Made by a program: the position numbers and the translations under genes. A stretch of 17,847 nt of DNA from Oligoflexus sp. GTDB taxonomy: Bacteria > Bdellovibrionota_B > Oligoflexia > Oligoflexales > Oligoflexaceae. The notes beneath the pieces were generated by a model that was not told the DNA's origin, ran no database searches, and saw only the letters and a list, made by a program, of their open reading frames with translations. Positions 17,801 through 17,847 of this stretch are shown piece by piece (the first letter of the stretch is position 1; each line of letters starts with the position of its first letter). The stretch lies in NCBI GenBank assembly GCA_041736305.1, contig JBGSTX010000044.1:1-17847 (forward strand), written 5' to 3'.

Positions 17801-17847
17801 CAGCTTAGCGGATCGCAGCTTAGCGGATCGCAGCTTAGCGGATCGCA
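14843..17847 (+). CDS. pfaA: PUFA synthase subunit PfaA (iterative type I PKS/FAS; KS and malonyl-AT domains visible); 3' end truncated by the window
   Basis: Not in the ORF track; translated by hand. AGGAGG RBS at 14831-14836; ATG 14843 overlaps the pfaD stop (ATGA); frame open to the window end (~1001 codons). [51 protein letters not shown] (Cys codon 15503-15505), [50 protein letters not shown]. Confidence 0.95.
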   Translation, partial: MTELSPDEKAKELSRFDGSAAIAVIGIGCLFPESSDREEYWNLIQKGSDAIVPIPLTHWSPDDYYDANPKLADHTYARTGGFLKPYAFDPLAFGLAPHSLEATDTTQLLGMVAAHQALVDAGYGPERSFDRDRVSCILGVTGTLELVIPLGARLGHPIWKKALHEAGVPEDVAAQVMAEIADAYVPWQENSFPGLLGNVVAGRIANRLDLGGTNSVVDAACASSLAALHMAMMELQAGKTDLVISGGMDTFNSIFMYMCFSKTPALSPSGQARPFDAAGDGTILGEGLGAVILKRLDDAVRDGDRIYGVIRGMGTASDGKGQAIYAPSARGQIKTLERAYTAAGVSPRSVGLVEAHGTGTKVGDGVELEALNRVYRAVEGAGAWCHLGSVKSQIGHTKAAAGAAGLIKALLALHHKVLPPSIKVRAPHPELEASPFILNDAARPWVSGGQPRRAAVSAFGFGGSNYHCVLEEYSADKTEAVWDPELYLAAFSADDQMHLAAKLHEAQNELLQGLDPRRLCRSWRDEFRSNQPWRILCWARGQAELATRLVKMVEGLQKGREALGPGILLHGDSPAAAVPALGLIFAGQGSQAPGMLRELACNFPEFLESLEKSEALLRERGGPSLVDIIYPPQAFTAEAKALQTKALTDTRYAQLALAALGIACVKVLGRFGIEAAAAGGHSFGELLALYAAGVLSEDATLLAAYERGRAMSEYGQSGGGLLAVMASHDMVASWLQESQLELSIANVNAPEQIVLGGKLEELDKAQIALKSQRIGSKKLEVSGAFHTALMAPALTPFAERLSSIDISPAELPVFANSTAQPYPDDPEEVRRILAEQLVSPVRFMEMLENMRAAGADTFVEIGPHRKLAGIMKASLGGSSEVFSLDSESGDSMLGLGKLLLSLAAQGYPVLWSAWDPGELAERGTASKPRFHVMLTGANYRTPAAKKTPMTLSREAVGKPLPTSAGSQLSGSQLSGSQLSGSQLSGSQLSGSQLSGSQLSGS
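17735..17847 (+). repeat. 15-bp perfect tandem repeat (GGATCGCAGCTTAGC), at least 7.5 copies, in frame in pfaA, encoding (GSQLS)n
   Basis: Seven identical full units plus GGATCGCA up to the last base of the window. Confidence 0.97.

Noticed and set aside
17735-17847. Repeat array as possible CRISPR
   Set aside because: Head-to-tail 15-bp units with no spacers, in frame within pfaA, and no cas genes.

Overview
Bacterial chromosomal segment with no mobile element, CRISPR array, rRNA or tRNA recognised. The protein repertoire suggests a Gram-negative organism, possibly Bdellovibrionota/Oligoflexia or a related deltaproteobacteria-like lineage (inference only). The left half holds envelope genes: a 3'-truncated secreted fibrillin/lipocalin-like protein, a Cys-containing lipoprotein, a lemA-TPM-TPM operon, a candidate 58-aa tail-anchored membrane protein, a PA14-domain lipoprotein and a TonB-dependent receptor. 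The right half is a lipid biosynthesis locus. A complete oleABCD operon (head-to-head long-chain olefin synthesis, minus strand) is transcribed divergently from a PUFA-synthase operon, pfaD-pfaA. pfaA is absent from the ORF track because it runs off the window inside a 15-bp in-frame tandem repeat. The shared ~450-bp ole/pfa intergenic region contains a perfect 12-bp palindrome, two phased TGCTT-N6-ARGCA boxes and a ~160-nt imperfect hairpin just upstream of pfaD.
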